A stretch of 57,667 nucleotides of DNA, counting the filler, from Sphacelaria rigidula (taxonomy: Eukaryota), in NCBI GenBank assembly GCA_964200075.2. It is 3 parts of 3 records of this genome, joined end to end, with 100 filler letters (N's around TTAATTAATTAA, not from the genome) between each part and the next. Parts side by side here need not be neighbours in the genome. Positions count along the whole stretch, not along the records: positions 1 to 19,157 come from CAXNAA020000721.1; positions 19,258 to 38,412 come from CAXNAA020000722.1; 1 more part is not named here. One strand, written 5' to 3'. The position numbers and the translations under genes are program-made. This document shows, piece by piece, positions 12,960-25,400 of the stretch. Position 1 is the first letter of the stretch. Every line of letters starts with the position of its first letter. The notes under the pieces are model-generated. The model was not told the DNA's origin. It ran no database searches and saw only the letters and a list, made by a program, of their open reading frames with translations.

Positions 12960-14640
12960 GATGCCCACGTCGGACAGCGATCGTTATCTGTATCACCCGG
13001 GTCATACAGTGGAGTGTGAACACATTTGTGCAGACAAGTCGAATGACACAGTGCAACTAGTCATGGAACGGTCCTCGTGTTCCGGGTATCATCGATCACG
13101 AGAGAGGTATCTTGAACGAGTTCATGAGGTTTCACAGGTTGTTGTTGGCGTTTCGAGTACACCTGATTAGGATCACATATGTGTGCCCAAGGAGGTGATG
13201 TACGGATGAACAGAGGATACGAATCACCTATGGAAACCCTGGTACGATTAGTCGGGGTCATACAGATCACCATCAAGCGGACTTGTACGAATCACAGGAT
13301 CACACAGATCGTTAAAGGCTATGTGTCCAGAGCAACCGGGTTCTTCAGGTCACCCGCCGAGAAATGTGTACAGGTTAAACGGGTCATACTGATACAGATC
13401 GATCGCAGATCGCAAAAGTGATATGGCTGATCGTCGGGCAGGCTTGCGGGGGCCATCCGGGCTTCATCAACGCCGGTAATGTACACGTCGATCACTCTTC
13501 TTTTGATCAGACTCTGGCCAAACAGCGTCATGATGAGTAAATAGAGCAGACTTCCTCTGTCCCATAAGTAAAGTCAGTTATGATCACACGGATCCTTAAC
13601 CGTGTCCGATGCCGTAGGCGATATATTTTTTTTATCTTTAGCGGTTTTTTTCAAGTTAAATCGCGTTTTTTTTCCCTGTTTGCGCAGCAGCCAGCGTGCG
13701 CGAACGGCTGATAAACGACCAGTCGGCCCCAAAATGGCCATACTTCGCCCCTTTTCCATAACACAGTAAAGAACCAAATCCGAAAAACGGCAAAAATCGC
13801 GAAAAAAGTATAACTGGCTCTTTTTCTCCGGTTCATCGGTGGCATGCGATAGCTTCGCCTAGCCCGAAACCACTTGTTGACATTGCAGCCTTCAATTACA
13901 GTAGAACGAGACAATGTTGTCGAAATTCGGCGGACAATGTACAAATTGACGAAATTCGGTCCGAATTTCGGTCCGAATTTCGCCATGTTTGACCCAAAGA
14001 TTCTAAGGTTGTAGGTCGATTATTTTATTCTTGTTGTTTCCAGTGGCCATCTCCACAACTAAATATTTTCAACGAACTCAACCATAAATCGTGAGCACCT
14101 CCGTTGGTGAGGTACGGCCTATCCTCCATAACGGACTTTACTCATGGGACAGAGGAAGTATACCTATATCTAGCTTCTTTCCTCTCCCCGCGGTGCATGA
14201 GTGCGCATGCGAACAGGTTAGAAGGTGAGTAATATTGAAAACTGTTTCTTGTATACGTGATCAGGATTGTACGCGTGCGGGAAACTGTTTCTTGTATACT
14301 AGATTCATATTCCACGGGCAAGGGGGTAGCTTTTGGTAGACATGAGATTCAAATCGCGCGGGTCGACGAGAAGCTGCTGCGTTTGCCTGAGCCGAGTTAC
14401 ATGGATAACAACTATGTGATGTTGTACGGATGACACAGTTCTGCAGATCAGTTGTACACGACACGTGTGTGAAGCGGGTCTTACAACTCGTCGCTCGGCA
14501 ACAATGTACAGGTCAAGCGGGCCCTACAGATCACCATCGGACAAGAGTGCACGGGTGACAGCAAACCTCGGACAGGTCATGATTTATGCCCCAAATGGGC
14601 CGACCCGGATTTGTCACGACCTGACATCTGTCCGAAGTGT
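12960..14640. repeat. Degenerate GATC-rich repetitive region (gatcacacagatc-like units) interrupted by the MITE
   Basis: Recurrent gatcac/acagatc/tacagatcaccatc motifs on both sides of 13551-14158, e.g. 13261 and 14526. Confidence 0.45.
13551..14158. mobile_element. Stowaway-like (Tc1/mariner-type) MITE, ~608 bp
   Basis: Terminal inverted repeats of ~31-32 bp with 2 mismatches: CTTCCTCTGTCCCATAAGTAAAGTCAGTTATG (from 13551) and CATAACGGACTTTACTCATGGGACAGAGGAAG (14127-14158). TA follows on the right and GA precedes on the left. Interior is non-coding. Confidence 0.75.
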
Positions 14641-15129
14641 GGAATAATGTATAAAAGGGGAATTACATACACGTGTTCCTCACTCAGGCCCAATCTCACG
14701 GAGACCCGAGAATTTCTTCCTTCAGTTGATTCCACACATCTCCTGAAAAGCCCCGGAACCCGGTGGAACCAACATTCCAAAACGAGTTCACTGGCGATTC
14801 TTCAAGGCCTGTGTGTGATTTTTCGTCTCCTACTTTTCCAAACGACATAAGAACCGGACCAAACGTATTTGGATGATGACAACATATTACAATGTCGAAA
14901 AGTATACTGCATGCAGTTTGGAATGTACTACCTACTGCAATAGATGCAATGGTTGATACAGTACGCAGTAGACTCTTTTGACAACGTAATATCATGTCCA
15001 GGGTGTGGATTTCTGGGATCCTCGTGAACCAGTGGTCGCACACTATGCGTTTAGTTGCTCCATTTCTCAGACCCTCGGGGAGGAGAAAAATGTCAGTACC
15101 ATGTCCCCGACGGAAAAGCCTGCGGTTGA

Positions 15130-15310
15130 GCGATGCCCCGATAGCCTCGCCTCAACCCAGCCCCAGAACTGCTGGGAAGGAAATGGTCACACAGCGCATG
15201 ATAATTGGTTTCAGACTGCAAGGAGCATATGGGTGACATTGGGGGAAACGATCCCAGGAGTGGGAGTTGCCAGCTGTTCGCTGTGCTCAGCATGTGTCAT
15301 TTCGATTCGC
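15130..15310 (+). repeat. Dispersed repeat, copy 1 (inverted homologue at ~27700-27895)
   Basis: gaactgct..gcgcatgat..tggtttcagactgca..aaacgatccc..tcgctgtgctcagc aligns by eye to the reverse complement of 27700-27895. Confidence 0.65.
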
Positions 15311-15561
15311 GAGGAGATTTTGCCTCCCCTCAAACGAGTATCATTCGATTGTTCGCGTTCGAAAAAACGACTTTTGGTCAATTTTACCGTTTTTTTTTCT
15401 CAAGAAACTGGATAGAAATCGCGGTTGCAAACGAATGCGATGCCGGTTCAAGACCGTATCCGACGCGGAACGACTCGATCCCGCGCCGTTTTCAACCAGC
15501 AACGCACACTCCCCCAACTTCCCACCCCCCGTCATCGTCAAAGTACTACACACCAGAAGCC

Positions 15562-18500
15562 TCATGCATATGTATATTTCAACCACCCTCGACCTGAAGT
15601 GCAGTAGTAGTACAATAGTACGAGTACCTGAGCCACGCAGGGGAGCTCCTTCACCACGTCCTCGTTCCTGGCCTCGTACAATCGAATCACCCCGCGAAAC
15701 AGGTGACCGCCCTCCCAACTACTCCCCGTCGAATACAGAATACAGACGAATTACAAGAAGAAAAAAAAATAACACGAGGCACGGCACGCGAACAGCAACG
15801 AACAGCGTGGTTAACGGACAGATACTACAGAACAAAGCACATCCGGCATAAAACAAAAAAATATGAAAAAATATGAAAAATAACCCTGTGTGGAAGTGAA
15901 GAAACTGTCGGTGCGCGTAGCTACACGGTCGAAGTTTTCCCAGTATTTATTCCGAAACGACTGCCATGACCACCACCACCATCATCAACAAGTGTAAGTA
16001 CCGCAGAACCATGCAGTCGGTGGACGGTACTCGAATACCGCTTACGCAGAGGACCTGCGCGCTCTGCACGCATTTACAAGAAAGTCAAACTTGACACGTT
16101 CGTAATCACTTCGATCGCAATTCAACACCATGCCACCAAACTCCCAAATCCCTCGCCACTACTTCACATCTCGCACACTCAATCAACAACAAAAAAAAGA
16201 GACAAACCCCACCACCTACATACAACGCGAACAATGCACTGATGCGTAAGTGAAAAAAAAACGAAAAAAAAAAAAAAACAAGCGAGCTACACACGCACTA
16301 AATAATTGATACCTATTCACGGTACCGTGCAATTACTAATTAATATAATACGAATATAAATGCCTCTCACCCTTGAAAAGATGCGCCCGGCGTGAAGGCC
16401 ACGTTAATTGCCACCGAAATTTCGCTGTCAGCGTCCAAGCTGACCTCAAGCCGACCGACACCGTCGTGCCTGCCGCCCATGCCGCCGTTTCCGCTGGTCC
16501 CCCACCCCTCGCCCGAGCGCTGCCGTAGCTGAAGCTCGGCATCGCTGTCTGACTCGCTCTCGCTCATTCCCGTCTGCCCGGGAAGGAAAAAGGAGAGGGA
16601 GGGCGGAGCAGGGCTCGACACAATAAAACAAACATGATATACTTATCGATTTAGAGATACACGAACGAACAACACGTGCAAGTCTTCACGTAAAACACAC
16701 GTGAAAAGTTTACCAACGTTTGCACGGATCAGTCGCGTTTCAGTTGTAATGTGCGACATTTCAATCAACCAAGCAAAAAGATACATATATTTAGATGCAT
16801 ATATAAAGAAAGAGGCACGAAACGTTGTGGTGCTGAGGTATCAGCTCGAGTTTCCATTTGTGGGGTAGGTTCGAGAGGTGTCGAAAAACAATACAAGCAA
16901 CAGGAGCAAAAACGAAATAGGAATTGGAGAGGGGAGTGCGGGGTACAGGCGGCAAAGGGCGGTGGGGAAACGGCGCAAGATCAGAGAAAACAAAACGTGC
17001 CTCCCGTACCTCTTCCCCTTCGTCACTGCCCACGGGTTCTCCGGCCAGCCGCCGCCGCAATCGGTTGATCTTCTTGTGCATCTTCGCTACCTTGGTTCCC
17101 CTGTTCTTACGCTCAGCGATGCGAAGCTTAAAAAGGCAACTCTCCAGCTTTTCCTGGCGACCAAAAACACGAGAAAACACACACACAGACACACACAAAA
17201 CGGAATGAGTTGATGACACGAGAAAGAAGAAAAAAAAAAACAGGAAACATTCGTGTATTAGAAATCCACACATCGCTAGAGTGAATCGCCGTTCTCAACC
17301 AGGCACCACCCGAAAGACAAAACATCTTCGAATCAAACAGCGAAACAAAAAATTCAATACGTACGGGCTTCCACGAACTTGGTACGTGTATCCGACATGC
17401 AAAAGATCACAGCTAGTTCTCGAGTACTTGTCATCTTCCAAAAACGCCATCGTGTCCTCACTTGTGCACAATTCACTAACACACAACGCTGGTGCACACG
17501 ACTCGGACTACCCCTGCGTAACAGTTGAGGTTGATACGCCGAGGCAACCTTTTCCACCCCCTCCCCATTATCCTTCCCAGAAACTTGGATATTAATTCTG
17601 CTGACTTCAAAATTTGCTCGCACACCTCCATGCCGCGCCGTTCGGCCTCCGGTATCCCAGGAGCGGACACGGCGTCCAGCTTGAAACGAAACGTAGCGGT
17701 GCAACCAGTAATCTTCAAAAACATAGAACAACGAAAAAAAGGAGACGCGAAAGATACCGACACGAGGGAAAAAAAGAAAGAGAGAGAGAGAGAGAAAAGA
17801 AAAAAAGACCGACGGTCAGCGAAGAACAGTCGGCTCGAAACAAACAGAAAACGTCACACACCCTGGACATAAGATAACAACAGATCAATAGATTTACAGT
17901 GCCAAAAAATTTATTGCGTACAGCATTGGATATATATTTTTCAATTCCAATTTGCGAGTGTTTCAGCTTTGTTTTGTCTCGCGGACGTCTTCCCTGTGGA
18001 TAATGAAAACGGCTGGATCATGACTCCTGGGCGAACAGTAAAGTGCGACGATCAATCAGATCGAGGCAATCAATCGATGGACAGAAAATTCGATGTTGTA
18101 TGCAGTACACTTTTTTCGACGACGTTTGTCCACTGTCAAGGGGTATGCGAAACGGCGTGAGCGAGATCGCGAGACAGGGTATAACGACAGTCCAGCGGGT
18201 GGGAGCTGGCCACAACAAGCGAAGAACGTGAACATTCAGAGAGCATGGCACGAACATGGGCGGAGAGGGGGGAACAACAACAAACGCGAAAACAAGAAAG
18301 GTAACTACTTTGTGCGGAGAAAGAAAGAAGGGGGAGCGGGGGGGGGGGGGGGGGGGGGAATGCAGAGAGCGAACGAAGACGTGCATATCTCAAAACACGT
18401 GCGCGCGCGCAACAGGGGTTGCGTGTCGTGTGAGAACCAAAAAGGCAAAGGAGACTCCTGGCTTCGGATACTTGATGAGTATTTTGTGCATGGTTCCCCT

Positions 18501-18904
18501 TGACCAGAGCTTTCCCCTCTCGTCGTTTTGTCGATAATTTCGCAGAAAATAATTTTAAAAAAAATGTAGAAAAACATGTATACATGTATCTATATTTTTC
18601 TCTCCTCTTTATTCCGACTTTTTATTCTCGGTCTTTGTTACACGTCTCACAGAAGAATCATATATTAATCCATACATTCGAAAGGTTCCAAAAGACAAGA
18701 AAAAAAAACGTATTAAATCTGTCCTTGTTTTCTTTCTTCGTTAGCTTTCTTTTTCCATACCTCTCCGAAATTAGGCCACACCATGTTCGTTCCTGACTCC
18801 TGGATAGGTCGGCTGAGGTCGGTTCCGGTCGTCACGTCCGATCCTGCACTTGATAGTCTATGTCGCGCAGCACCGGCATCTGGCCGCGGACTCAACGATG
18901 CTCC
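15562..18904 (-). CDS. Multi-exon coding segment of an uncharacterised protein (coiled-coil plus beta-strand module); either the 3' end of a related gene or upstream exons of the giant gene
   Basis: Exons with splice signals: 18761-18904, ~18134-18205 (weak), 17626-17679, 17010-17153 (EKLESCLFKLRIAERKNRGTKVAKMHKKINRLRRRL), 16371-16573, optional 16046-16063, and 15718 downward (WEGGHLFRGVIRLYEARNEDVVKELPCVAQ; donor at 15628 or read-through to TGA 15564-15562). Phases join consistently. The 5' part is cut by the contig linker at 19158. Confidence 0.55.
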
Positions 18905-19157
18905 CTGTGGGCAGGCATATCACGTTCCATGTAAAATGAATTCGACTGGTGAATTGATTGAACATTGTTTCACGTTTTGTTGTTTTTTGTCCCCAGAGGA
19001 CAGGAAGGAACCTTAAATCATGCACACTTCGCTACTTCGCTATTTCTAGTTTCGTGCAGCGCTTCTAGTCGCTCCACCCGTCAGACATGCCCACCCGAGG
19101 GTAGACATGTCCGGCGAATGTATGGATCTGCACCAAGGTGGGAGTGCCCCCCCACCC

Positions 19158-19257
19158 NNNNNNNNNNNNNNNNNNNNNNNNNNNNNNNNNNNNNNNNNNN
19201 NTTAATTAATTAANNNNNNNNNNNNNNNNNNNNNNNNNNNNNNNNNNNNNNNNNNNN
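19158..19257. other. Artificial scaffold linker (N44-TTAATTAATTAA-N44)
   Basis: 100-nt N run with a central six-frame-stop 12-mer; an identical linker is at 38413-38512. Confidence 0.97.
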
Positions 19258-19913
19258 ACTTAAGGCGAATGATCAAAGCCACTCTCAATCGTATCATCTA
19301 CTCTCAATCTCACGGAAACACTGTTATATCTCGAAAGGGGTAGTCTGGTACCCAGAATAAATGGGACGGCAACACACACATACACAAACATGGATGGATG
19401 GATGGTTGGTTGGTCGGATGGATTTTATTTTTTGGACAAGGGAAGTCCAAATTAGATATAATAAATATATTAAAACTATTTAACTAATTGGTTGGTTGGA
19501 TGGATGGATGGTTGGTTGGTCGGATCGATTTTATTGTTTGGACAAGGAAAGTCCAAATTAAATATAATAAATATATTAAAATTAAGTAATTACTCGGTTG
19601 GATGGATGGTTGGTTGGTTGGTCGGATGGATTTTATTTTTTGGACAAGGGAAGTCCAAATTAAATATAATAAATATTTGAAAATTAATCAATTAACTAAT
19701 TGGTTGGATGGATGGTTGGTTGGTTGGTCGGATCGATTTTATTGTTTGGACAAGGGGAAGTCCAATATCCTAGAGCAGAAAACAGTTTTTGGACATTTCC
19801 ACCCACACGCGTTTGGACGGAAATATAGAAAATATGGTTTTGGCTCTAGGACCCTAAGAATTAAGCAAGTCGCCTTAATTGTTTGTGGCGTGCTCGTAGT
19901 TGGTGCCACATAA
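19258..19913 (+). mobile_element. Non-autonomous Helentron/HINE-like element with internal ~115-bp tandem repeats
   Basis: Subterminal inverted repeat TTAAGGCGA (19260-19268) / TCGCCTTAA (19870-19878). A (CA)n tract lies near 19371-19390. About 3.5 units of ggatggttggttggtcggat..tttggacaagggaagtccaaatta.. span 19391-19765. A 3' hairpin TGTGGC..GCCACA lies at 19884-19910. Confidence 0.55.
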
Positions 19914-20550
19914 CCGTACCGAAGAAAAATCGGTGGACTTCGTTCTGTTCTGCGGAAGATATGGCGATTATCAATTTTCAGAATCTTATCCTATACAAAT
20001 AGAAGTTTTACTTCAAGTATATATATTATTTCATTAATTATTTCATTAATGAAAGATTGATTGAGGATGGATGGTTGCATGGTTGCTTGGATTTATTTTT
20101 TGGATAAAGGGAAGACAATATCGGTCATCCTACACTACTTCTATTTCACACTGTTGAGGGTTTGATCGTGTTTCAAACAACAATGTTTTCGTGAAATTGG
20201 GCCAAGGATGCGACTGAGAGTGAGAAGCGGTCAACTAATGAATGACATGTTATCAGTTCCGAAATGCCCCTCTGGGCCTTGGAAATGCTTTCTGTAGCAG
20301 CTTGCCACTGAAGCCCTAGATTAGGATATCGACGCGTAGCTGTAAGTAGGCATGGGACAGACAGTGTTGTTACATTACAGGCAGAAAAAAGCACCCAGAA
20401 CAAAACCCACAGAAACGCCAACTTAGAGCGAAGAATAAAACTCACTGTATCTCCTATCAACGCTCCTCTTCAATCTACGAAAACATTGTGAAAGCATCAT
20501 GTACGACATCACGTACGACAACGTGGGAGCAGGAGCCATAAAATGTGACT

Positions 20551-20912
20551 GTTGTCATCCCATCTATTCTGGACACCAGTCTACACCTTTCGGTATATAT
20601 ATGTGGGCGCATCAGCTCGGATCACGCAGGAGGAAGGCCTATACAGGAGGATTGTTTTCTTATTCATTTTTTTTCGGTACTCTATCTTCCTCCTGAGGTG
20701 CTTCCCCTTCTTTTTTATCGCGAGACGGGTTTAACACTCCCTTTCCCTCGTCGACCATGAAGTCGAATTTCGTGTACCGATGGCATCGTCGCTCTCCACA
20801 GTTGGGCATTCTGAGAGAAAAAATTCCAGATCGTGTGAGCGCACCGAGATACGAACCCACGACCCAACCGTCAGAAGGTTTCGAGGTCACCAAGTGGGCC
20901 ACCGGCGCGACC
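20551..20912 (-). mobile_element. tRNA-derived SINE family A, near full-length copy
   Basis: Minus-strand head GGTCGCGCCGGTGGCCCACTTGG (A box-like) ... GGGTTCGTATC (B box-like). Body is homologous to copies at 32095-32300, 44089-44300, 44709-45077 and 45330-45415. Confidence 0.75.
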
Positions 20913-22451
20913 GACTTGATCCTTAGACCGCGATGCGGGTAGTCCATCTGGATCACACATACTTTTTTTCGAGTGAAATTGATGCCGATTGCGCAGGCAA
21001 CCTACCCTCGCGGTCAAAGAGTTAAACATACATGATACATATATAACGCCAAAATGGCAAGAAACGAATCATTCATTTTGTACATATTTCGGCGAACGTA
21101 GCAGCGCAGTACGAACGTGAACACCAGAGTCTGAAAGACACGGCAACAACAACAGCCATTTGTTATCACGGCTGGGTGAAACAAAAAAGCAGCCGACCCC
21201 CCAAGGCGCTGCTGCTGCAGTCTCCGCCAAAAAAATATTGATCCCACCCTCTTTCAAAAAGGGTGGGAATGCGACGAAAATTGACAAAACTTCGAGAAGA
21301 CGCTCACGAGCCGACACCCCCTAGGTACACACTGTACTGTACGACTCAAAAGTATCTAGAGGGTGAGGCCCCTCATATGTACTCACTCCTATACAACGGG
21401 GAAAAAAACATCACGGAAAAGGCCGAGCCTCGGGAAGTCTCAAGCAAAACACTAAAAAACGACAGACAAGGGAACAAGAGATGGAACACAACAGCACCAA
21501 ACGGGAAAAAAAACACCTCGGGGATAATAAACGGGCCAGCAGAGAGCCGGCAAAACATATGAAATTGCAAACGGGCCGAGCACGGTGGCGACAAAAAAAA
21601 AAGGAAAAGAAGAGGGGACCGAGGCGAGACGTTGCCGTTGGTGGGTCACCCGTCGAAACTCAACGGCAGTCGATCAAGGACAAGATGCGACTTACCGTAA
21701 GAAGAGTAAAAACAATTGTACAGGACAAAACTAAGAGCGCTTCTGGAGCCTTTTCTGTCGAACAAGTTCGCATCAGAATGAAGCACACCTTCCTGTTTGC
21801 CACAACAAACTAAAGCGCGTGGAAACAGATACATGATTACACCACTCCCCAAATATGGCACACCCAAGGGCAATTGCTACATACAGTACAGTGCCTGACT
21901 TGAGTAGTCAATGGCTTCCATAATTATACTCTGGGGAGGGTCTGACGTGCATCCAGCGCCACAAGAAAGCTCAAACGGGGACAAAAACTCGCAGCAAACA
22001 GAAGCAAATACTCAACTTACCCAAAACTTACTTCCATCTCTCCTAAAATAATACACAGCTATCTTCCAAAACTGGGTATTCCAAACAGTATTCGAAAAAC
22101 GGGAAGTAGAAGCAACCAACGCCCCGTTTGCCAACCCGACCCGACAAACGAACCGGGTAGCGACCACGTGTACAAAGAACCCCCCTAGATACTACAACAC
22201 AAATATGAAACGACTACAACAAAAGATGAAACAAGGGAATAACTACAAAAGATACACAACCAACCAAACTCTTGCTGCCAGGATTATTCTGCCTGGCCAA
22301 AATATTTTTGAAACCTGATCGAAATCTCAGCTTCCACTGTACTGCACACGATTCGAGCGCTCTAACCTTGTGTGGTACGCTTTACTTTCTATGTCAATAT
22401 CTTCACACTCAACACGTATGTACGAACGAGACCAGCCTCCATCACATTTTG

Positions 22452-25400
22452 TTAACGGCGTAACGGAAACGACACTTCCACTGGTTGCGCCGTCGCCGCC
22501 TCGACAGCACCCTCCCCATACGTGTTCGTGCTGCCAGAACCAACATCCATGCTAGAGCCTCTTCTGCTATTGATGATAGCAGCACCGCCAACACTGCTGC
22601 CACCATCCTCCATGACTTCCAGTTCCTCGCCCGCCTCCCTCTCCCCCTCTTCCAACACCTTGGCCAGCGCTCGCTTCGAGTAAACGCTCACAAGTACAAC
22701 CGCAGCCACGGTCGCGATACCGCCGACAATCAGAGTGACCAGCTGGATGGTGGCGCTGTTGTCCCCTTCGTCTTCGGCGCTGTCCTCGTCCTCGTCATCA
22801 CCCAACAGTCCGGATGCGGTAGTGCCGATGAAAACGAACGCTACCGTGCCCGGGATAAAGCCGATGCACCCCAGAGCGTAGTCGCGGAATTTCACGGCCG
22901 TCACGCCCCTGTCCACGAGTTGAAATGAAGTGGCAGTGTAGCGAAGGGGGGTGTGGACAAGCAAATGCGTCGAGTTAGTGGTGCATACAACAGCAGACAG
23001 CTAGCTATTGATGCGATTGCTTTGCTTGCCGCGCGCATGTTCACAGCAGCGCCGTTGGTGTTGTTGTTCTCGTGTGTGTTTCACATCTTCTTGTCGTTTC
23101 CGGATACACCAATTATTCTAGGGTGTCCGAGCAAAGCGCAAGTGCACGCGACGAAAATAACGTAGTCGTGTCCAACCGGGTGCTTGTACCGCGTACACGT
23201 GTACAGCCGTGAGAGAAATACAACTCACATCACGTAGTTGAAGGCGCTGAAGGGCACGACAGGCGACAGGCGCAGCAGAATCACGAGCTTGAGGCCCTGC
23301 GACTCGATGGCCTTGTTCACGGCGGTCAACACTTTGAACTTGTTGAATAGACCCTGGGCCTGGTCTCTCAACACGAATCGCCCAAGCAAGAACGCCAGAA
23401 TGGCTCCGATCGTCGCCCCGACCTGAGTAGTCCCAAACAGAAAAAACGACACAAGAGATGAGATTGACTCAACACTATCACATCGTGCATCACGGTGATG
23501 AGATGAAGAAGAAAAAGGCAGCCAATCGTCTCAAAAGCTGTAATATGACAACCCAGCTCCCGGGTAACGTGCACGCTTTTGTCTATGCGGCCGCATAAAG
23601 ATTATGTTGTCGAACCTGGTGAGCATGACCCCTGCAGCCGGCCAGCAGGACCCTATGCGGACGTTCGTATGGCGTCCATCTATTGCCCAGGAAAACATTT
23701 CCGAAAGCTAAATAGCGGGAAATCTTGGGAGAAAAATCCCGTGGAGTGGTCACAGAACTGAGGAAAAGGATGCACACGGGACTCGTAAAAATATCTCAAA
23801 TATGTAGCGCGATACAGAAGTAATACTTGGTATGGTCCAAACACGTTTGCCGCATGACCTCAACGTCTGCGTGTGCTTTCATTCTGATTTGAAATACGAA
23901 CCCACCAGAACAGCCACGGAGCCAACCAGCACGCCCAGCCCAGTGCCCAGCGCGCGTCCGAACACCAGACCGGCGCCGAGGGTCAGCAAAGATCCAGGGA
24001 TGAAAGCAACGGTTGTGAAGATGTACACGGCGGCGAAGGCTATCGCACCAAGACCCGGGTTGTCCTCTACCCACTCGAGGAATGCGGTTAGGGTGTCCGC
24101 CACGAAGCCTAGTCCCGGCACCTGATTGTTGCATTTCATTTTATTTTATTTTTCCGTGGCAGCGACGGCAAGGAGGGCGGGGGCGATCACGAGCGAGGGA
24201 GTGGATTAGTGGGGTACGTCATCACAACCAACGCAGAGTTGGTTGACAGCAGCGTGATGGTCACGGTCCGCGCCATGACGCCGTTCCCGTTATTTGTGGT
24301 CGTGGGGATGTTTTCAGGGGTATCTCGAACTCGAGGTTCCTGGTATATTTCACAGTAATTTACAGTCAAACATACCGGGAACCTCGAGTTTGAGATACCT
24401 CTATTAGAGCGACTCTAACGGGAGCCGTTCGAAAATCCTGTTTGAAACTGCCTTTTTGGCCCTCCTCCGTCGTTTTAACCCTGGGAAGAGGGCTAGGCGG
24501 ATGTTGACGTCTTGGAATGACTTGCCCTACTCATTGAGACCGTTCCAGGGCAAGTTTGCATTTCCCGCTGGCTGAACTTTTATTTTTGACCAAACGTGGA
24601 TTTTCGATGGAAAAAACGGTCAAGCGATAAAAAAACAGGAGGGAATCTTCGTCACCCGACCGTTTTTTACTGGAAATCCGTGTTTGACCTGGTTTGGCCA
24701 AAAACAAAACTGCGGCCAGCGGGAAAAGCGAAGTTGCCCTGGAACGGTCTCAACGAGGAGAGCAAGTCATTCCAAGGCGCCAGCATCCGCCTAGCTCTCT
24801 TTTCGGGCGTGAATCGACGGAGAACGGCCCAAAGGGCAGCTTTCAACGGAAATTTTGAGCGGTTCCGATTAGAGTTGAACTGAGAGAGGTATTTAACACT
24901 CGAGGTTCCTGATGTATTCACATGTATTCGACTGTAAAATACTCCGATATATAGCGAGAATCTCGAGTTTTAAGAAATACCCGTATTTTGTGACTTGGCT
25001 TTGAGATCGATACATGTCTTCCACTGTCGCTGTCTATGGGGGTTTGAGTACTGTCATAAAATGATATGATGGCGCAGCGGGATGAAAACGCCACACAAAT
25101 CGCCGCATACATACAGGGGGCGATGTGAGCCACGCGTGCACGTGGGAGATGATGGTTCTGCAAAGGCTAGAAGCTCGCGAGGAGCACCAGGAGCACCGCC
25201 CACAGCCCCCGTAAAAGATCTGGGTTTCGCTGTCCACACTAATACCAGATCGAAAAGTTCCACGCCTGCCAAGTGGTAACCACTCTGCTGAAGTGGGGCG
25301 AGGCGTTGAATCTATTCCGAGCCTTGAAAAAATCCGAATATGATCATCCAGAACGAAATCAAGTTTGTTCCCAACATGGTCTTGTGTCGCCGGGTTGGTG

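Noticed and set aside
17365-17459. Possible extra exon with AG/GT boundaries
   Set aside because: Its phase is incompatible with the flanking phase-0 exons and inclusion leads to stops.
19158-19257. TTAATTAATTAA palindrome within N runs (also 38413-38512)
   Set aside because: Artificial six-frame-stop contig linker, not biology. Gene adjacency across it is unreliable.
20830-20912. Functional tRNA gene
   Set aside because: No complete cloverleaf or acceptor stem; it is the head of a multicopy SINE.
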